NCBI GenBank assembly: GCA_965200245.1
Contig: CBDATS010000005.1
Span: forward strand, 480,001-544,000
Length of the DNA stretch: 64,000 nucleotides
Direction: 5' to 3'
Source: a bacterium
GTDB lineage: Bacteria; UBA8248
Shown: one piece after another, positions 8,489-19,567 of the stretch
Layout: each line of letters starts with the position of its first letter
Numbering within the stretch: position 1 is the first letter of the stretch
Position numbers and translations under genes: made by a program
The notes under the pieces: model-generated
What the model was told of the DNA's origin: nothing
Databases searched by the model: none
What the model saw: only the letters and a program-made list of their open reading frames with translations

Positions 8489-8692
8489 TTGATCCGTAAA
8501 GGTCGTATGTTTCTGCTTGGCGCACTTGTCTGTTTTCTCGTTTTTTTCAGCAGCGTGGCGATAGGCGCCGCGGGCTTCGGCGTAGTGCTCGACGACGTGC
8601 CGGAGATGCTGACCCTTTTGGTCGCTGTGCTTCTGTTCGTGGCCGCTGTTTTGATGCTGGAAACAGCAGAAAATCGCAGCACCGACATCTGA
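8489..8692 (+). CDS. small two-helix membrane protein upstream of TRAP operon
   Basis: GAGGAGG RBS, TTG start, two hydrophobic segments; co-oriented with dctP. Confidence 0.6.
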   Translation: MIRKGRMFLLGALVCFLVFFSSVAIGAAGFGVVLDDVPEMLTLLVAVLLFVAAVLMLETAENRSTDI

Positions 8693-8735
8693 TAACCGAC
8701 CAAAGCAACATCCATCAAGAAAAGGGGGAAGCAAC

Positions 8736-9890
8736 ATGGTGGATCAGAAGGTGAGAGAAGAGATCGCTTCAGTCGAACGCCGCAATTTCCTCAAGTTGGC
8801 AGGTGCAGGCGGTATAACGGCCGCGCTTGTGGCCGCCGGGACCGGGGTGCTCTCCTCAAGCAAGGCCTCGGCTTAGACGGCCAAGGAGGAAGCCCAGCGC
8901 AGGCGCACCGCGAAATACACGATGACCATGGCGACCGCCTATGTGCTTACGGCGGACCGCAGCTATCCTATCATGCAGCTCGACTTCAAGGAGAATATCC
9001 AGAACGCCACCAACGGCAAGGTTTACGTCAAGCTGGCGGCGGGCGGCCAACTGGGCGTCGGTTCGACGCTGGCCCAGAAAGTACAAAGCGGCACGATTCA
9101 GGCGGCCCAGCATTCGCTGTCGAATTTTGCCCCTTTCGCTCCTGTCGTCGACCTGATCAACCTGCCCTATCTTTGCGGCGCCAACCAGCGCTTCGTGAAT
9201 CTGGTGACCTCCGATCACTGGAAAAAAACCATTCACCCGAAGGTGGAGGCGAGAGGATTCAAGCCACTCTACTATATCGTCATCGATCCGCGTGTCGTAG
9301 CGGTCCGCAAGGGTGGGGCAGGCGCGGTCATTAAGCCAGCGGATCTGAAAGGTGTGAAGTTCCGGGTACCGGGCTCGAAAATGCTGCAGCAATACTATCG
9401 CCTGGTCGGCGCCAACCCGACACCGGTCGCCTGGGGAGAGACACCCTCGGCAATCAAACAGGGCGTGGCGGACGCGCTCGACCCGGCTGTCGGCGCGCTC
9501 TTCGTCTTCGGCTTCAAGGAGATATTAGGCCATGTGACCTTCACACAGGCGGTTCCGGATAGCCAGGTCTTCTCGTGTAATCTCAAATGGTTCAACTCGC
9601 TCCCCAGCGACGTGAAGGACGGAATCGAATTCGCATCGGGGATCACGTCGCAGCAGAACCTCGCCAAGGTGCCAGCGGCGCGCAATTATGCGATGGCGGA
9701 ACTCAGGAAGTCCGGCGTTCAGTTCCACTCGCTCAGCAAAAAGCAGTTGGCGGTCTGGAAAGAGGCGGGCGGATACCAGCGATCCGAGTGGGACGGCTTC
9801 AAGAAAAAGCTGGCTGGCTCCATGGATTCGTTCAATAAACTGGTCGAAGCCGCCGACACGCAGAGCCGCTATTACGTTCACGACGCCTAA
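8736..9890 (+). pseudogene. dctP: TRAP substrate-binding protein (DctP family, Tat signal) with in-frame TAG
   Basis: ATG 8736, Tat motif ERRNFLK, signal ends ASA, then TAG (8874-8876) at the first mature residue. The frame continues into GGQLG, PADLKGVKFRVPGS, GANPTPVAWGE. Confidence 0.8.
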
Positions 9891-9891
9891 T

Positions 9892-9931
9892 CAGCGCGGG
9901 CCCGGCGGCGGGTGCCGCCGGGCCCGCGCTG
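9892..9931 (+). other. perfect 18-bp GC stem-loop between dctP and dctQ (mRNA stabiliser or attenuator)
   Basis: CAGCGCGGGCCCGGCGGC-GGGT-GCCGCCGGGCCCGCGCTG directly after the dctP stop; no long U tract. Confidence 0.75.
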
Positions 9932-9961
9932 TTCTGTAAAACTCCGGGAGGAGCGGCGTCC

Positions 9962-10454
9962 TTGCTCACTTCACTGAACAGGAACATTGAGCGTCTGGCG
10001 CTGTTGTTTTTCTACGCCATGCTGGTGACCACTATGGCGGTTGAAGTCATGCGTCGTGAGGTCTTCGCCTACTCGTCAATCTGGGGCGAGGAGATAGTCC
10101 GCTACGCGTTCATTTATCTCGTCTGGATTGGTGCGGCTTCGGCGGTGCGGGAACGGGCACATATCCGCATCGACATCATCTTCAACTACGTCGGGGCGCG
10201 CACCAAGGCCTTACTTTACATTTTCGGCGACCTGGTGATGCTGGTCATCGCCGTCATCTCCGTTTGGTGGTCGTTCGAGACCGTTTCGGTTTCCTGGAAA
10301 TTCGGCTCGGTCAGCCATGGCCTTCGCCTGTCGATGGTCTGGTTTCTCGCCGCCGTACCAATTGGTTTTTCGCCTCATCCAGTCGCTCATTCGTGACATC
10401 GCAGACTTCCGCTCCGGTTCCTCCCTCTACGAGGGCACCCGGCTGTTCGACTGA
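9962..10454 (+). pseudogene. dctQ: TRAP small permease DctQ, frameshifted
   Basis: WGEEIVRYAFIYLVWIGA..AVRERAHIRID. The frame breaks at about 10366-10372; the C-terminus FRLIQSLIRDI...RLFD* is in another frame ending at 10454. Confidence 0.8.
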
Positions 10455-10474
10455 GAGACCTGGGAGAACCGCTG

Positions 10475-11792
10475 ATGCTCTGGAACCAGATGCAGCAAGC
10501 ACATCAGGAGATTGGCTGGGATTTCTACGGCCCGGTCATCTTCTTCGTCGTTCTGGTCGCGCTGGGCGGCAATCGGTGCCGGCGCGGTAGCGATGCTCCT
10601 TGTTTCGGGCGTCCTCCCCCTGTCACTACTCGGCGAGAGCCTTTTCGACGGAATCGACCATTTCGCCCTGACCGCCGTACCCCTGTTCATCCTGACAGGT
10701 GACGTGCTGGTGCGTACCGGGCTCAGCCGCAAGTTCCTTGATGTGGCGGACGCACTGACCTGCTGGGCTAGAGGCGGTTTCGGTTCCGCCACGGTGCTGG
10801 TCTGCGGGATGTTCTCTGCAATTTCGGGCTCGGATGCGGCAGGTGCCGCAGCGGTGGGCCGCATGACAATCGCGCGGCTGGTCGAATCGGGCTACCCGCG
10901 TCCCTATGCCTGCGCGCTCGTAGCGGCTGGTGCCTGCACGGGCATCCTCATTCCGCCTTCCATCGCCTATATCATCATCGGACTCGTGCTGGGAATATCC
11001 GCTGCCACGCTCTTCCAGGCGGCGTTGATCCCTGGCATCCTGATTCTTGCGTCCATTCTCATAACGAACATCATCGTGAACCGGCGCTATGCCTATGAGG
11101 GCGGTAAATTGATCTCGGCAGCCGAATGGGCCGCCGACCCCAGAAAGGCGCTCAAGAATGGCTGGTACGCCTTCATCGTGCCCGGCGTGATTTTCTGGGG
11201 AATTTTTTCGGGCCAGTTGACGCCGACCGAGGCGGGCGCGACCGCAGTGGTCGTCACAATAATCATGGGCTTCATTCTGGGGACCCTGAAGTTTTCGGAC
11301 TTCCCGGCGATGCTGGTGAGTTCAGCAAAGGTCAACGGCGTTATCCTTCCGATCATCGCCTTTTCCCTGCCGCTCGCCCAAACCATGGCGGCGCTCGGCG
11401 TACCCCAGGGTTTCGTCCATGCGGTCACGTCGATGACAGATAATCCCTATGTGCTGATCTTGCTGATGATCGATATCCTGATCGCAGCCGGATGCGTGAT
11501 GGAGACCACCCCGAACATCGTCATCCTGGCACCGATCCTCAAGCCCCTAGCCGATGAAATCGGGATGAACGAGATACAGTTCTGCGTGATGATGATCACC
11601 GCGCTCGGCGTCGGCTTCATCACGCCTCCGCTCGGTCTCAACCTGTTCGTCGTTTCCGGCCTGACGGGCGACTCGATTCTTGACATTGCCGCGCGCGCGG
11701 TGCCCTATGTCTTCTTCATGCTGCTAGTGGTATTGCTGATCGCTTATGTCCCGATGATCTCTACTGTGCTCCTTCCCGCAGCGTACAAGTAA
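10475..11792 (+). pseudogene. dctM: TRAP large permease DctM, frameshifted near the N-terminus
   Basis: N-terminus MLWNQ...VLVALG (frame of 10475) joins WAAIGAGA...AVPLFILTG...GILIPPSI...TPTEA...ITPPLGLNLFV (frame of 10512) at about 10562-10567. Confidence 0.82.
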
Positions 11793-12668
11793 CGCAGGCA
11801 ACCGCCGAGGCGAGCTTTCCTTTCACTTGAACCAGGACTTTGTGCCCATTACAAGACAACCTCCTGAGACCATAGGACTGGTTACATGACAGCGAGTTGC
11901 TCTCCGGTGGTGAAACAGCTTGCTGGGCAAGCCATATCCGCATGCACTTCGCCCCGCAAGATGGTTGGACAACACCGCGTTGTCGGCACAAATTTTGGGG
12001 AATTACCACAATCCCAGGAAACGAATTCCCCGGCCTGTGTCGTAGGGGTGTGACAAAACTCCGCGCATGATCGTCAGAAACCGGTGCGATTCGCAGGTGG
12101 AAAGTGTGCAGGAATCCGCCTTGCCCCCAGCACGCAAACGGTCGGTCTCCTCGAACAAACAGTTCGGCATCGAAGCAAAACCCGGCGCAATTCGATGACT
12201 GTTCAGTCGAACCTGGGGACAGGTCGAAGTCGCTGCCTCGGCCCACAACCTGGTTTCAAAATCTACCTGAGCGGTTTTACGGCCTCATTTTCAGATCGAA
12301 ACATGCGATTCGCGGGCCTCCTCGCAACAAAGCGGCAGTAGAGGATGTTGACAAATCCAGATATGAAGGATACGCATCAGACATTAACGAGTTAACCTGA
12401 ATCTATCGCACCCTCACGAATGGATCTCCGATGCGCACTTGCAATTCGCTCAGGGGAACCTCGAGAGCAAAACTGTCGACGCTCATCCGGAGCCTGACGA
12501 GCATCGCCTGTTTTCTAGCCGAAATTCGCCAAGGCACATCTTTACGACGTCCGGGCATATTATATGTGTACCGAAACCCGAGGCAAGAAAGGTGAACTCT
12601 ACAGTTGGTCAGGAAATCATCGACAATTCCAAAACTATTCCCAGGCCCTACTCATCGGAGAAATCATA

Positions 12669-14222
12669 ATGCACAGATTCATCTTGCGTGTCGTTCTGCT
12701 CCTTGTCGTAGCGGGCACGGCATTCGAGGCACTACCCGTCAAGTCATACGCAGGCAAGAAAGACGACACGCTGGTCGTCGCCCTCCAGCGGGGAGTTCGC
12801 TCGCTCGACAGGCTCTACACGAGAAGGCGCGAGGGGCTGATTTTCGCCCAACTCACGGATGACGGCCTGTTCTACGCCGACCCCAAGACACTCAAATTCA
12901 TCCCCCTGGCGGCAGAATCCTACAAATTCAAAGACCCGAAGACACTCGACGTCACCGTGCGCGAGGGAGTGAAATTTCACGACGGCAGCCTCCTGAACGC
13001 GGACGATGTTGTCTATACCTACAATTGGGTGCTCAACAAAAAGAGCAAATCGCTCAACACGAAGCGCATAAGGCGCTGGCTGAAGAGCGTCGAAAAAACG
13101 GGTCCCATGAAGGTGCGTTTCAAGCTGAAACGACCCTACCCCATGGCACTCAGGGATATGGCCATATCCATTTACCTGAGGAAAAAGAATACCTATCACG
13201 CGGGCGGCAGGAAAAAAGGAAACCGCAACGCGATGACGAACTCTCTCAATGGTTTGGGACCATACCGTGTGGTGGATTTCGAGCCGGGCAAACGCATCGT
13301 CCTTGAGCGTTTCGATAGTTATTACAAATCAAGCCCAAAGGGACGCCCCTCCATCAAGAGAATCGAGGCGCGAACCATCCCCGACTGGGGAACCCAGCAG
13401 GCGGAGTTGATGAGTGGCGGTGTCCAGTGGATGTACAGCGTGCCCACCGACATCGCGGAGAACATCGGGAAAACGCCGCTGGCCAAACACATTGCCGGCC
13501 CTTCGTTGCGCGTCGGATTCATCATCCTGGACGCCATCGGCTACACGGGACAAAACAATCCGCTGACGAAACTCGAGGTGCGCCGGGCCATGAACCACGC
13601 CATCAACCGCGAGGCCATCGTCAAGCACATCGTGAAAGGATCTTCGAAGGTCATTCATTCCGCATGCCATCCGGTTCAGTTCGGCTGCACACAGGATGTG
13701 AAAAAGTACGACTATGACCCGAAAATGGCGAAAGCGCTCCTGGCAACAGCCGGTTACAAGAACGGATTCGATTTCGACCTGTGGGCTTACAGGGAAAAAG
13801 GCGTGGCTGAGGCCATTACGGCCGATCTCAACAAGGTCGGCATCCGTGCCAAGCTGCGATACGTCAAACTTTCCACGTTATCAAGAGCTAGAAAGAGCAG
13901 GGAGATACCCGCGTACTTTGCCACCTGGGGTTCCGGTAGCACGGCGGACACCGCGGCCATCGCCGATTTTCACTTTACGCCGACTACCAATAGAAACCTC
14001 TCCCGGGACAAGGAAGTGGAAAAATACGTCCTGGCCGCTGGGGGAACGCTGGATCCCGAAAAACGGAATAGGGCTTACGCGCAAGCGCTCAAACTCATCG
14101 CCGAAAGAGCGCTCTGGATTCCCTTGTATTCATTTACGCTGAACTATCTGACATCGAAGGATCTGGTTTTCGAGGCTTCCAAGGATGGTTTGCCAAGGCT
14201 GTTTCTCGCCAAGTGGAAATAA
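12669..14222 (+). CDS. ABC transporter substrate-binding protein, family 5 (Dpp/Opp)
   Basis: Signal peptide, PLAAESY, VREGVKFHDG.LLNADDVVYT, GLGPYRV, VRRAMNHAINR. Confidence 0.92.
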   Translation: MHRFILRVVLLLVVAGTAFEALPVKSYAGKKDDTLVVALQRGVRSLDRLYTRRREGLIFAQLTDDGLFYADPKTLKFIPLAAESYKFKDPKTLDVTVREGVKFHDGSLLNADDVVYTYNWVLNKKSKSLNTKRIRRWLKSVEKTGPMKVRFKLKRPYPMALRDMAISIYLRKKNTYHAGGRKKGNRNAMTNSLNGLGPYRVVDFEPGKRIVLERFDSYYKSSPKGRPSIKRIEARTIPDWGTQQAELMSGGVQWMYSVPTDIAENIGKTPLAKHIAGPSLRVGFIILDAIGYTGQNNPLTKLEVRRAMNHAINREAIVKHIVKGSSKVIHSACHPVQFGCTQDVKKYDYDPKMAKALLATAGYKNGFDFDLWAYREKGVAEAITADLNKVGIRAKLRYVKLSTLSRARKSREIPAYFATWGSGSTADTAAIADFHFTPTTNRNLSRDKEVEKYVLAAGGTLDPEKRNRAYAQALKLIAERALWIPLYSFTLNYLTSKDLVFEASKDGLPRLFLAKWK

Positions 14223-14271
14223 ACGGAAGAACTCTGGCGGGAAAAGCCTTGCCCGGAAAAGTAAACCCGCC

Positions 14272-14302
14272 CCCATCCAGGAAGTACGCTTTCCTGGATG
14301 GG
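14272..14302 (+). other. intercistronic stem-loop after the Dpp-type SBP gene
   Basis: CCCATCCAGGAA-GTACGCT-TTCCTGGATGGG, 12-bp perfect stem. Confidence 0.65.
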
Positions 14303-14345
14303 CGAACATTCGTTCCGTGAACAATCAGGGAAAGAGGAGCACGCG

Positions 14346-15263
14346 ATGTTGAGATACGCGGTTCATCGCGGCGTCATGGCCATACTCGTGGCGTTCACCG
14401 TCTCTTTGCTGACGTTCATGCTCCTGCACTTTGCGACCGACCCCGCATCCGCCATCGCGGGTGAAGACGCGACACCGGACGAGATTGCGCAAATCAGGGA
14501 AAACTATGGCCTCGACAAACCTCTTCCTGTTCAATACTACAATTGGCTGGCTGGCGTCTTTCAGGGAGATTTCGGGGACAGTTACTATTGGAAAAAATCG
14601 GTCGGCACCCTCATCATCTCCCACGCGCCGGTCACAATACAACTGTCCCTGTGGGCATTTGCGGTCACTATCATAATCGCGCTTCCGCTCGGAGTGCTGG
14701 CCGCCATGCGTCCCAACAGCCTCATTGATCGCTTTGCACTCTCGGTGGCCGTCTCTGCACAAGCGGTGCCCAACTTCTGGCTGGGCCTGATGTTCATCAT
14801 CTTCTTTTCGGTAAAACTGGGGCTGTTTCCCGTATCGGGAGACGATACCTGGCTCCATTTCGTAATGCCCGCCATCGTGTTGGGTTCGAGTTCGGTGCCC
14901 GCGGTAATGCGCCTGACGCGTACGGGCCTGCTGGACGTCATGGCGTCGGATTATATCCGCACCGCCCGCTCGAAGGGTTTCAGGAGTACAAAACTTCTTG
15001 TCCGACATGCGCTCAGGAATGCCATTCTGCCCATCGTCAGTGTGTTGGCCGTACAACTCGGCAACAAGCTCGGCGGTTCCGTCATCACCGAGTCGGTATT
15101 CGCGCTGAACGGCCTGGGTCGCCTGACAATTGAATCCATCATCGGCGCGGATATCCCGACGGTTCAAATGCTCGTTTTCGTCTTCGCCGTTACCTTCATC
15201 GTACTTAATTATCTCGCCGACCTGCTGAACGCCTGGCTGGACCCGAGAATACGACTGGTCTGA
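14346..15263 (+). CDS. ABC permease (DppB/OppB family)
   Basis: GLDKPLPVQY..WL....GDFG.S, PNFWLG, DYIRTARSKG, HALRNA.LP. Confidence 0.93.
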   Translation: MLRYAVHRGVMAILVAFTVSLLTFMLLHFATDPASAIAGEDATPDEIAQIRENYGLDKPLPVQYYNWLAGVFQGDFGDSYYWKKSVGTLIISHAPVTIQLSLWAFAVTIIIALPLGVLAAMRPNSLIDRFALSVAVSAQAVPNFWLGLMFIIFFSVKLGLFPVSGDDTWLHFVMPAIVLGSSSVPAVMRLTRTGLLDVMASDYIRTARSKGFRSTKLLVRHALRNAILPIVSVLAVQLGNKLGGSVITESVFALNGLGRLTIESIIGADIPTVQMLVFVFAVTFIVLNYLADLLNAWLDPRIRLV

Positions 15264-15265
15264 AC

Positions 15266-16183
15266 ATGCAGCCCGACACGCCAACACAGGACCTTAACCT
15301 CTCATCCGGAGAAATGGCAGATTTTTTGAACCCGAGAGCTGCACTCAAACTCAGAATCAAAAACCATACAGGACTTCTTGTCGGATTCGGCGTCATCCTC
15401 TTCATGGCGGTCCTCGCAGTACTCGCCCCCTGGATTACCACGCACGGTCCATATGACCAGACGCTTGCAAACCGTCTGCTTCCTCCCGTATGGGAGTCAG
15501 GCGGAAGATGGGAGCATCTGTTGGGTACAGATCATCTCGGGCGGGATTATCTGAGCAGGCTTCTGTACGGCTCACGCATATCGCTGGTCATCGGCATGGG
15601 AGCCGCCACCATCGGTTGCCTGATCGGGGTGCCGATGGGAATCTGCGCGGGCTATTTTGGCGGCCGTGTGGACCATTGCATCAATTTCATCCTGACGTGC
15701 AAGCTCGCCATGCCGGGTCTCGTGCTTACGATGTCGTTGGTATTCCTCATCGGACCTTCGGTGTTCGTGGTGATGGGCATCATCGGCGTTCTGCACTGGT
15801 CTTACTATCTGGTGGTCACAAGAGCCGCCACGATGCAGATACGCCAGATCGACTACATTGCGGCGGCGCGCTCCATCGGCAGCAGCAGGAAACAACTGAT
15901 TTTCTATGAAATCCTTCCCAACCTCCTGAACCAGATAATCGTAATTTTCACTTTCGAGGTAGGAATCGCCATTCTCTCCGAGGCGGCGCTGTCGTTCCTG
16001 GGCGTCGGCATCCAGGCTCCGACCCCTTCGTGGGGGTTGATGATCGCCGAGGGGAAAAGCGCCATGTTCTACCGCCCCTGGCTCGTTGTCCTGCCCGGCG
16101 TATTTCTGTTCACCCTGGTCATCGGCACCAACCTCATGGGTGACGGCATCCGGGACGTCACTGCTCCGGAAAACAGGAACTAG
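15266..16183 (+). CDS. ABC permease (DppC/OppC family)
   Basis: HLLGTDHLGRD.LSRLLYGSRISL, DYIAAARSIG, EAALSFLGVG, SWGLMI. Confidence 0.93.
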   Translation: MQPDTPTQDLNLSSGEMADFLNPRAALKLRIKNHTGLLVGFGVILFMAVLAVLAPWITTHGPYDQTLANRLLPPVWESGGRWEHLLGTDHLGRDYLSRLLYGSRISLVIGMGAATIGCLIGVPMGICAGYFGGRVDHCINFILTCKLAMPGLVLTMSLVFLIGPSVFVVMGIIGVLHWSYYLVVTRAATMQIRQIDYIAAARSIGSSRKQLIFYEILPNLLNQIIVIFTFEVGIAILSEAALSFLGVGIQAPTPSWGLMIAEGKSAMFYRPWLVVLPGVFLFTLVIGTNLMGDGIRDVTAPENRN

Positions 16184-16186
16184 GCG

Positions 16187-18199
16187 ATGCGTAGCGCTTC
16201 CTCTTTTTTCGAGGTCTCGAACCTCAGCGTAAACATCCCACTCGGCTCAGGGGATCTTCACGCGGTGCGGAACGTGGATTTTTCTATAAGAGAGGGGGAA
16301 GTGCTCGGAATAGTGGGAGAATCCGGATCGGGCAAATCGATGACGGCACTGGCGATCATGGGTTTGCTGCCCAAACAAGCGCGCCGCACGGCGGATGCGA
16401 TGCGTTTGAACGAAAATAATCTGCTGGATATGTCCGACAAGGAGATGGCGGAGAAAATCCGTGGGAACCGGATCGCCATGATCTTCCAGGAACCGATGAC
16501 TTCGCTTAATCCCGTTTACACCATCGGCCGCCAGCTCACGGAAACCACCTTGCTGCATCAGGGAACGTCAAAAAAACAGGCTGGAGAACGCGCAGTCTAC
16601 CTGCTGGAGAAAGTGGGGATTCCGGACGCGGAGAGTCGGTTGCGTCAATACCCGCATCAACTCTCGGGCGGGCAAAGGCAGCGCGTGATGATTGCCATGG
16701 CACTCATGAACGAGCCGGAACTCATCATCGCGGATGAGCCTACGACCGCACTCGACGTGACGATTCAGGCCCAGATACTGCTCCTCCTCGTGGAACTCCA
16801 GAAAGAACTCGGCACCTCGATGATCCTGATCACCCACGATCTAGGCATCATCGCGAGAACGGCGAATGAGGTCGCCGTCATGTATGCGGGCGAAATCGTG
16901 GAGCGAGGCATGACGAAAGAAGTATTCGAGAACCCGAAACACCCCTATACGCAAGGACTCCTCTCGTGCATTCCCGAATCAGGCAGTTTGCGCACCGGGC
17001 GGCGTCTGGGCTCCATCCCCGGTGTAGTGCCTTCCATGATTGGCGATATCAGGGGCTGCGTATTCGCCCCCCGCTGCGGTTTTGCACGGGATGAATGCCG
17101 GACGGCTCCTCCGCCCCTTCAGGTCCTGGGTGCGGACATGAATTACCGCTGCGTGTTGACGGAAAAAGACCTGACCCGCAAGAAAGCAGGGAACACACGC
17201 CAGAACACGACGCAGACCGGGGACGTACCCTCCCGGAATGCTTCGAATGCCCCCGACCTCCTGCGCGTGGAAGAGGTAGAATGTGTTTTCCAGATCAAGC
17301 CGAACGTCTTCTCGAAAACCAGGCAACTGCGCGCGGTGGACGGCGTCTCGCTGGACATCACAAAAGGAGAGATTCTCGCTCTCGTGGGAGAGTCGGGATG
17401 CGGCAAGACAACCCTGGCCAAAATCCTGCTGGCCTTGCAATCCCCGAGTGCCGGAGAAGTCTTCCTCGACGGAGGGGGAATCGGCCAACTCGCGAGCCGG
17501 GACCGCGCACGGCGCATACAACCTGTTTTTCAGGATCCCTACTCTTCCCTGAATCCGCGCAAAACGGTGGGACAGATCATCCGCAGGCCTCTCGGTATCC
17601 ACGGGATTGGCACGAGTACCGAGAGACAATCTGAACTCGAGCGCATGATGGAACTCGTCGGACTGCCAAAACGACTGATGCACCGATACCCGAGCCAAAT
17701 TTCCGGCGGGCAGAGACAGCGCGTCGCCATCGCGCGTGCCATCATCATGAAACCCGAAATCCTGGTTTGCGATGAACCCACTTCCGCCCTGGACGTCTCC
17801 GTTCAATCACAGATCCTGAATCTTCTCCTGGAGTTGCGAGAAGAGTTGGAACTCACCTATCTCCTCATAACGCACGATTTATCCGTCGTGGAATACATGG
17901 CTACGCGGGTGGCAGTGATGTATCTGGGGGAAATCGTGGAGACAGGGGAAACGAGCCGCATCTTTCGCTCCCCGCAACATCCCTATACGAAAGCCCTGCT
18001 GAAATCCGTACTGTCGCTCAACACGGATGCGGGAATTCCCGACAATCGGATGGGACACAGCTATCCAAATCCACTGGATATTCCCTCAGGATGCCGCTTC
18101 CATCCGAGGTGTCCCGAAGCCATGTCACACTGCTCGGAGCAAACGCCGAAGTTGCAGCCCCTGGGTCCGGACACCGTACGCTGTCTGTTATATGAATGA
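16187..18199 (+). CDS. fused double ABC ATPase (DppD-DppF)
   Basis: Two Walker A motifs (GESGSGKS, GESGCGKT), LSGGQRQRV and ISGGQRQRV, DEPT twice, two HPYT and Cys-rich tails. Confidence 0.93.
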   Translation: MRSASSFFEVSNLSVNIPLGSGDLHAVRNVDFSIREGEVLGIVGESGSGKSMTALAIMGLLPKQARRTADAMRLNENNLLDMSDKEMAEKIRGNRIAMIFQEPMTSLNPVYTIGRQLTETTLLHQGTSKKQAGERAVYLLEKVGIPDAESRLRQYPHQLSGGQRQRVMIAMALMNEPELIIADEPTTALDVTIQAQILLLLVELQKELGTSMILITHDLGIIARTANEVAVMYAGEIVERGMTKEVFENPKHPYTQGLLSCIPESGSLRTGRRLGSIPGVVPSMIGDIRGCVFAPRCGFARDECRTAPPPLQVLGADMNYRCVLTEKDLTRKKAGNTRQNTTQTGDVPSRNASNAPDLLRVEEVECVFQIKPNVFSKTRQLRAVDGVSLDITKGEILALVGESGCGKTTLAKILLALQSPSAGEVFLDGGGIGQLASRDRARRIQPVFQDPYSSLNPRKTVGQIIRRPLGIHGIGTSTERQSELERMMELVGLPKRLMHRYPSQISGGQRQRVAIARAIIMKPEILVCDEPTSALDVSVQSQILNLLLELREELELTYLLITHDLSVVEYMATRVAVMYLGEIVETGETSRIFRSPQHPYTKALLKSVLSLNTDAGIPDNRMGHSYPNPLDIPSGCRFHPRCPEAMSHCSEQTPKLQPLGPDTVRCLLYE

Positions 18200-18232
18200 T
18201 TCTGGAAAACGACCAAGGGTGTGCTGCGCTCC

Positions 18233-19147
18233 CTACGGCGCGCCGACTAGTTCGAAAGCGCGCGAGGCCATGACGGAATTAGCGTGGCCGGCATTCTCGA
18301 CGACTTCAAGCTCCCATTCGAAGGAAAATCCCTTTTTTCTGGCGTATTCCTTCGCACGGGCGTAGAAATTCCGTCCCCTTGCCAGGCGGTGCGGTCCTTG
18401 GGCGACAGCTTCGTCTTCGATGTTGAGTGAGGGATGGTAAGGATCGTCGTCATCTTCACCCAGCAATATGGTCAGGCGGATGGTGAAGGATTTCTTGAGA
18501 CTTTCATCGCTCAGATTGATGTTGGATATCCCGTAGGGAATCTCCACGACCCTGTCGACCATGGTGTACCAGCCGGAATTCGCGGCGACGGCGCGCCCAA
18601 CTCGTGCCTCGGGGTGGAATAATACGAGGCGGTGCACGAACTGCCCGCCGGCCGAATGCCCGTAAATGTCATACCGCTCGGCTTTCAGACTGTTGGTGAC
18701 ACGCACGAAATCGAAGAGTTTTTCCAAAATCGTGAATGTCCACTCCTCCTTGGGCTTGCGCTCTCCGCTGGGTCTGTAGACGTTGCCCAGATGGTAGCGC
18801 CATGCGCCGGGGAAATAATCGTCCGAGAACTCGGGCGCCAGCAGGATGAATCCGCCCACATTCGCAAAGGGCCGCCATTCGTCCCTGTAGTCCTCGCCGT
18901 CGCGTCCGTTCCCGTGCATGACGAACACTACGGGCGCGGTTTCGTCCACACCGTCAGGCCAGTGATACCAGACGTCTAGAGACATCTCGGGATCATATTT
19001 CCTGTCCTTGAAAACGAAACTCCCCGAACCTACCTGCATTACGGGCTTTGCGCCCTTGACTTCCGCTTCCGCCATGTTGCCTCCAATCAAAATCAAGACC
19101 GCAGCGAAAACAGCGAACCAACTCGGCCAGACCTCCCATGCGCGCAT
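18233..19147 (-). CDS. exported alpha/beta hydrolase (esterase-like)
   Basis: VFVMHG, LLAPEF, nucleophile elbow GHSAGGQF, AANSGWY, QGPHRLARG, AGH. Confidence 0.8.
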   Translation of the reverse strand: MRAWEVWPSWFAVFAAVLILIGGNMAEAEVKGAKPVMQVGSGSFVFKDRKYDPEMSLDVWYHWPDGVDETAPVVFVMHGNGRDGEDYRDEWRPFANVGGFILLAPEFSDDYFPGAWRYHLGNVYRPSGERKPKEEWTFTILEKLFDFVRVTNSLKAERYDIYGHSAGGQFVHRLVLFHPEARVGRAVAANSGWYTMVDRVVEIPYGISNINLSDESLKKSFTIRLTILLGEDDDDPYHPSLNIEDEAVAQGPHRLARGRNFYARAKEYARKKGFSFEWELEVVENAGHANSVMASRAFELVGAP

Positions 19148-19482
19148 TTTTCTCTCCTAGCTGCGTTCGAATCGTTTTCCGCCCGTTTGAATACAATAGG
19201 CCATTTCCAAAGACGGTAAAATGATAACTCGCAGTTATCATGTGCGGCAGTTGCAAGAACGTATTCGGGAATTTCGCCGTCGCTCGCATATATAGAAAGC
19301 TACGCTTCTCCTTGATGCCGATAGACCAATTGAGCAAACCGGGAATGGCCTGGCGCAGGCGGAGTTCGATATGAAGATACACTCCCCATTCACGCCATCT
19401 CGCCCAACAATCGTGGATGGATTTCTGGTTCAGTCTCGCCCGGGAAAGGAGGGACGGCGAGCCCCTTCCGTAGCCTTGCTCC

Positions 19483-19528
19483 TTGACATCCCCCCCGCCC
19501 CTCGCTAATTTGCTTCAAGGGCAAATTA
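19483..19528 (+). promoter_or_regulatory. sigma70-type promoter of fhs with overlapping inverted repeat
   Basis: TTGACA (19483-88), 17-nt spacer, TAATTT (19506-11). The -10 is the left arm of TAATTTGC-N7-GCAAATTA (19506-19528). Confidence 0.6.
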
Positions 19529-19567
19529 CCGCCCTGCATCCCACGTTGCCGGTTCGGGAGACAGAGA

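Noticed and set aside
19390-19567. THF, ZTP or glycine riboswitch upstream of fhs
   Set aside because: Conserved aptamer words are not found, and the predicted promoter leaves only about 50 nt of leader.
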